Shown here piece by piece: positions 60,788 through 64,000 of a stretch of 64,000 bases of DNA (position 1 is the first letter of the stretch; each line of letters starts with the position of its first letter). The DNA is from Bdellovibrionales bacterium. Lineage in GTDB: Bacteria; Bdellovibrionota; Bdellovibrionia; Bdellovibrionales; UBA1609. The stretch lies in assembly GCA_965219095.1 (NCBI GenBank), contig CBDCMT010000001.1, positions 1,312,001-1,376,000 of the forward strand, in the 5' to 3' direction. The notes below the pieces were generated by a model. The model saw only the letters and a list, made by a program, of their open reading frames with translations, was not told the DNA's origin and searched no databases. The translations under genes were made by a program, and so were the position numbers.

Positions 60788-60801
60788 ATCTTCCCTCCTT
60801 T

Positions 60802-61521
60802 TTAAATAGATACCATTGTTCCTACAGATTCTCCTCTTAAAATACGTTTCAAATTACCTTTATGATGTAAATTAAAGACATTAATTGGTAGCTTATTGTC
60901 TTTACATAAACTAATGGCTGTAGAATCTATAACCTGCAAATCCTTCTCTAAAACCTCTAAATAAGAAAGTTTTTCAAAAAATTTTGCATCCTTAAACTTC
61001 AAAGGGTCTTTATCATAAAGACCCTCAACTTTTGTGGCCTTAATAAGAATGTCAGCATTGATCTCCATAGCCTTTAGTGCGGCTGCTGTATCAGTTGTAA
61101 AATAAGGTCGACCTGTCCCTGCAGCAAAGATTACTAAACGACCTTTTTCAAGATGTCTGAGAGCACGTCGTCTTATATAAGGTTCCGCAATTTCAGACAT
61201 TTCAATAGCAGTCTGCACTCTTGTATCAATGCCATGGTGTTCAAAAACATTTTGTAGGGCTAAGGCATTGATACAGGTTGCTAACATTCCCATATAATCA
61301 CAACTCGCTCTGTCCATACCAGTAGCCTCTGAAGCGGAAAGACCTCTAAAAATATTTCCACCACCTATAACAATTCCTATTTGAATGTTTTGTTCATATA
61401 CAGATAAAACCTCTCTTGCCATAATCTCAATCGTATTTGAGCAAATACCAAAATCCTTCTTTCCGGAAAGATCCTCGCCACTTAGTTTAAGTAAAATTCT
61501 TTTGTACTTAACACTTGACAT
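60802..61521 (-). CDS. pyrH: UMP kinase
   Basis: [32 protein letters not shown]. Confidence 0.97.
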   Translation of the reverse strand: MSSVKYKRILLKLSGEDLSGKKDFGICSNTIEIMAREVLSVYEQNIQIGIVIGGGNIFRGLSASEATGMDRASCDYMGMLATCINALALQNVFEHHGIDTRVQTAIEMSEIAEPYIRRRALRHLEKGRLVIFAAGTGRPYFTTDTAAALKAMEINADILIKATKVEGLYDKDPLKFKDAKFFEKLSYLEVLEKDLQVIDSTAISLCKDNKLPINVFNLHHKGNLKRILRGESVGTMVSI

Positions 61522-61527
61522 AGTTTT

Positions 61528-62181
61528 TCAAGAGTTTTTCATTTGTTGAGCTACTTCTTCAGCAAAATTTTTCTCATCTTTTTCAATTCCTTCACCTAAT
61601 TCAAACCGCACAAATCTTCTTATAACGATTCTTTCTCCTGTTTTAACAATTAACTCATTAAGGTGATCTTTGACCTTTTTATCTTGATTCTTAATAAAGG
61701 GTTGTTCTAAAAGGCAAATATCAGACATCCACTTTTTGATTTGTCCTTCTAAGATTTTATCTAAAAATTCTTTTTTCTTACCTTCTTTAAGAGCTCTTTG
61801 ACTTAAAATAGATCTTTCTTTTTCTATTTCATGCTGAGGAACATCTTCATAGCTCACATATTGAGGAGATGAAGCAGCAATATGCATGGCTATATCTTTC
61901 GTAAAAGTCTTGAACTCTTCATTTCTAGCAACAAAGTCAGTTTCTGAATTGACTTCTAAAAGAACACCTATACTTCCTTCTGCATGAATATAAGAAGCTA
62001 CAACTCCTTCAGCTGCAATTCTTGATGATTTTTTAGCTACTTTAGTTATACCATTTTTTCTAAGCCACTCCACAGCCTTGTCTATATTTCCTTTTGCTTC
62101 TTCTAAAGCTTTTTTGCAATCTAACATACCTGCACTTGTTTTTTCTCTTAACTCTTTAACTAAACTTTGTGTTACATTCAT
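61528..62181 (-). CDS. tsf: Elongation factor Ts (short form)
   Basis: VKELREKT.AGM.DCKKAL, EVNSETDFVA. Confidence 0.97.
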   Translation of the reverse strand: MNVTQSLVKELREKTSAGMLDCKKALEEAKGNIDKAVEWLRKNGITKVAKKSSRIAAEGVVASYIHAEGSIGVLLEVNSETDFVARNEEFKTFTKDIAMHIAASSPQYVSYEDVPQHEIEKERSILSQRALKEGKKKEFLDKILEGQIKKWMSDICLLEQPFIKNQDKKVKDHLNELIVKTGERIVIRRFVRFELGEGIEKDEKNFAEEVAQQMKNS

Positions 62182-63134
62182 TTCTTCTCTCTTTCGTTAT
62201 CATCATCATTTTTACTATGATCATCATTCTTATCGTTCTTATTGATGCTTTTATTTACATTTTTTTCATTATGTTCTCCTTGCTTAGAATCAAGCTCCAT
62301 TTCAATTTCTACATCTTCAGCCGTTCCTGCAGCCACCACCATACGAGTTTTAGTTTTTATCACACGAGGACCCTCTGAACTTCCAGAGTCTTTCATATCT
62401 TGAATACTATCATCTTCACTGTCTTTTTGCTCCTCTGATAAATGCCGTTCATACTCCTCATAACCTTCTAAATAAGAATCTGCTACAAAATCGCAAAAGA
62501 GTTTAATAGACTTTAAAGCATCATCATTTCCAGGAATAGGATAGTCTACCTCATTAGGATCTGTGTTGGTATCCACAATTCCTACAACAGGAATTCCCAA
62601 CTTACGAGCTTCTTTAACAGCAATTTTTTCACTATTAATATCTACCACAAAAAGAACATCAGGAGCTTTGTTCATATCAGGTATGCCCTCTGCGAAAACT
62701 AAAATCTTCTTATACTCTTTAAGTATTCTTGTCTGCTCTTTTTTAGTGTAATAATTTAAAATTCCTTTTTCTTTCATCTGATCAATTTTTTTCAACCGAT
62801 CCACTCTTGCTCGTATGGTTGCAAAATTGGTTAAAGTTCCTCCCAGCCATCTCTTCACAACATAAAATTGACGACATTTTTGAGCGGCTTGTTTGACTAA
62901 ATCTTGTGCTTGTTTTTTTGTTCCTACAAAGCAAATCCTCCCTCCTCTTCGCCCTACAGACTTGATAAAATCACTTGCCTTAAGAGCTGCTTGATAGGAT
63001 TTTTCTAGATCAATAATATAAATACGACCCTGCTGTCCATAGACATAAGGCTTCATAGAAGGGTTCCATTTGTTAGTTTGATGTCCAAAATGAACTCCCG
63101 CATTTAACATATCTTTAATTGTAAGTTCCGGCAT
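62178..63134 (-). CDS. rpsB: 30S ribosomal protein S2 with acidic C-terminal extension
   Basis: AGVHFGH, RWLGGTLTN, DTN, IPGNDDA. Confidence 0.97.
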   Translation of the reverse strand: MPELTIKDMLNAGVHFGHQTNKWNPSMKPYVYGQQGRIYIIDLEKSYQAALKASDFIKSVGRRGGRICFVGTKKQAQDLVKQAAQKCRQFYVVKRWLGGTLTNFATIRARVDRLKKIDQMKEKGILNYYTKKEQTRILKEYKKILVFAEGIPDMNKAPDVLFVVDINSEKIAVKEARKLGIPVVGIVDTNTDPNEVDYPIPGNDDALKSIKLFCDFVADSYLEGYEEYERHLSEEQKDSEDDSIQDMKDSGSSEGPRVIKTKTRMVVAAGTAEDVEIEMELDSKQGEHNEKNVNKSINKNDKNDDHSKNDDDNEREKK

Positions 63135-63146
63135 ACTGTTCTCCTC

Positions 63147-63210
63147 GGTTAAGCCTCCTTCTCACAAACTCCTTTTAAAGAGACCAAGGAAATGTCCTGA
63201 GAAGTGTGGT
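63147..63210 (-). promoter_or_regulatory. rpsB leader (S2 autoregulatory / t44-like RNA element)
   Basis: ACCACAC-TTCTCA...TGAGAA-GGAGGCTTAACC upstream of the RBS, like known rpsB leaders. Confidence 0.6.
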
Positions 63211-63303
63211 CTGCTTATTTCTAGTAGTAAATAGCATAGGAAAAATTCTAAATCAAGCTTTTTAGCAAGATTTCAAAGGCTTATTTTAACCGATTAGGGG
63301 CGA

Positions 63304-63987
63304 CTAAGGTGAAACTTTCTGATCCCAGATTTTTAGAGTCTCAAAAGCCGATTGAATGTAGGCTAAAACGCCTTCGCTTTCACAGTTTATAGGAGAGGCA
63401 AAGTACAGATTCTCAGGAGTTTGAAGTTCTGAAATTCTTCCATAACTATGGGGTTTCAAGCACAGAAATTCTTTTGAAACACTTTTATACCACTCAGGTT
63501 TTATTTTTTGAACCATAACTTTTATTTTTTTTAAATGCCCTACTACAGAGTCAGGCTCCGTATCTTCCACAACACTAAGCCACTGGGATGTTTGATGATC
63601 CCTAAATTTTACCATAGCAAACACCTCAGGATGAGAGGACTTCAAAGAACTCAGTAAATAAAACAGATCGTGAGGGTTTTCCTGAAGCGGGACTTTGTGA
63701 CTCCAATTAAAATACAAAAGAGATAGGATAGAAAAGGGATTAGGAGATCGAATATGAGGCATAAGTTGTTTTAGACGTTCTAAGGAGCTTGTCCAAAACA
63801 CATATTTAGAAACAATTTTTTTCTCATTGAGAGAAAAAGAAAAGCTTTTGTCTGGTTTTTCTTGAAGGGAGGTGATTTGAGCTCTCAACTTCTTTTTTCC
63901 TTGAAAAAACTGTTTTGTCTTCTCTAACCAATAAGAGGGGAAGCTCTGTAAAGTTAAAGCACGAGGTTTAAGAAAAAAATCATACAA
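63304..63987 (-). CDS. Hypothetical protein, probably continues beyond the window
   Basis: Long open frame to the window edge; no confident family. Confidence 0.6.
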   Translation of the reverse strand: MYDFFLKPRALTLQSFPSYWLEKTKQFFQGKKKLRAQITSLQEKPDKSFSFSLNEKKIVSKYVFWTSSLERLKQLMPHIRSPNPFSILSLLYFNWSHKVPLQENPHDLFYLLSSLKSSHPEVFAMVKFRDHQTSQWLSVVEDTEPDSVVGHLKKIKVMVQKIKPEWYKSVSKEFLCLKPHSYGRISELQTPENLYFASPINCESEGVLAYIQSAFETLKIWDQKVSP

Positions 63988-64000
63988 AAAAACTGATGAA

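Noticed and set aside
1..64000. tRNA/rRNA, prophage, retron/DGR or group II intron
   Set aside because: No tRNA cloverleaf with T-loop consensus, rRNA-like tract, phage structural gene or reverse-transcriptase motif was recognised by eye

Overview
AT-rich bacterial chromosome segment, most likely from a Bdellovibrionota-like lineage and possibly host-associated. This is inferred from the mevalonate genes, the AceE-type PDH E1, a Bdellovibrio-style secreted protein, an ankyrin gene and the very heavy IS load. Housekeeping blocks are menB-menA-menC-menE-rsmJ-Na/Pi transporter (18.6-24.6 kb), prfB(frameshifted)-lolE-lolD-bamA-skp-fabZ (38.4-44.8 kb), rpmI-rplT-HMG-CoA reductase-GHMP kinase-mvaD (45.5-49.1 kb), and PDH E1, TonB, PP2C, M23, cdsA-uppS-frr-pyrH-tsf-rpsB (53-63 kb). 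The rest is a graveyard of nested insertion sequences from nine families (IS630 x3 types, ISL3, IS3, IS256, IS1634, IS66, IS982, IS5, IS110). Highlights not visible in the ORF track: (1) a shattered IS110-family element (27606-33612), reassembled across nested insertions of four other IS, with structured non-coding DNA at both ends, three CGGATAG-capped modules in its right end and a predicted palindromic circle junction; (2) a second IS110 left end with the same three-hairpin fold; (3) a type IV pilin whose start codon is out of frame across an (AG)7 tract, a candidate phase-variable OFF switch; (4) mini-elements made only of fused IS ends; (5) a 32-bp IS1634 target duplication; (6) IS ends supplying the stop codons of several host genes; (7) lpxD/lpxA missing from the bamA-skp-fabZ cluster. 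All calls come from reading the sequence; no searches or folding programs were run.
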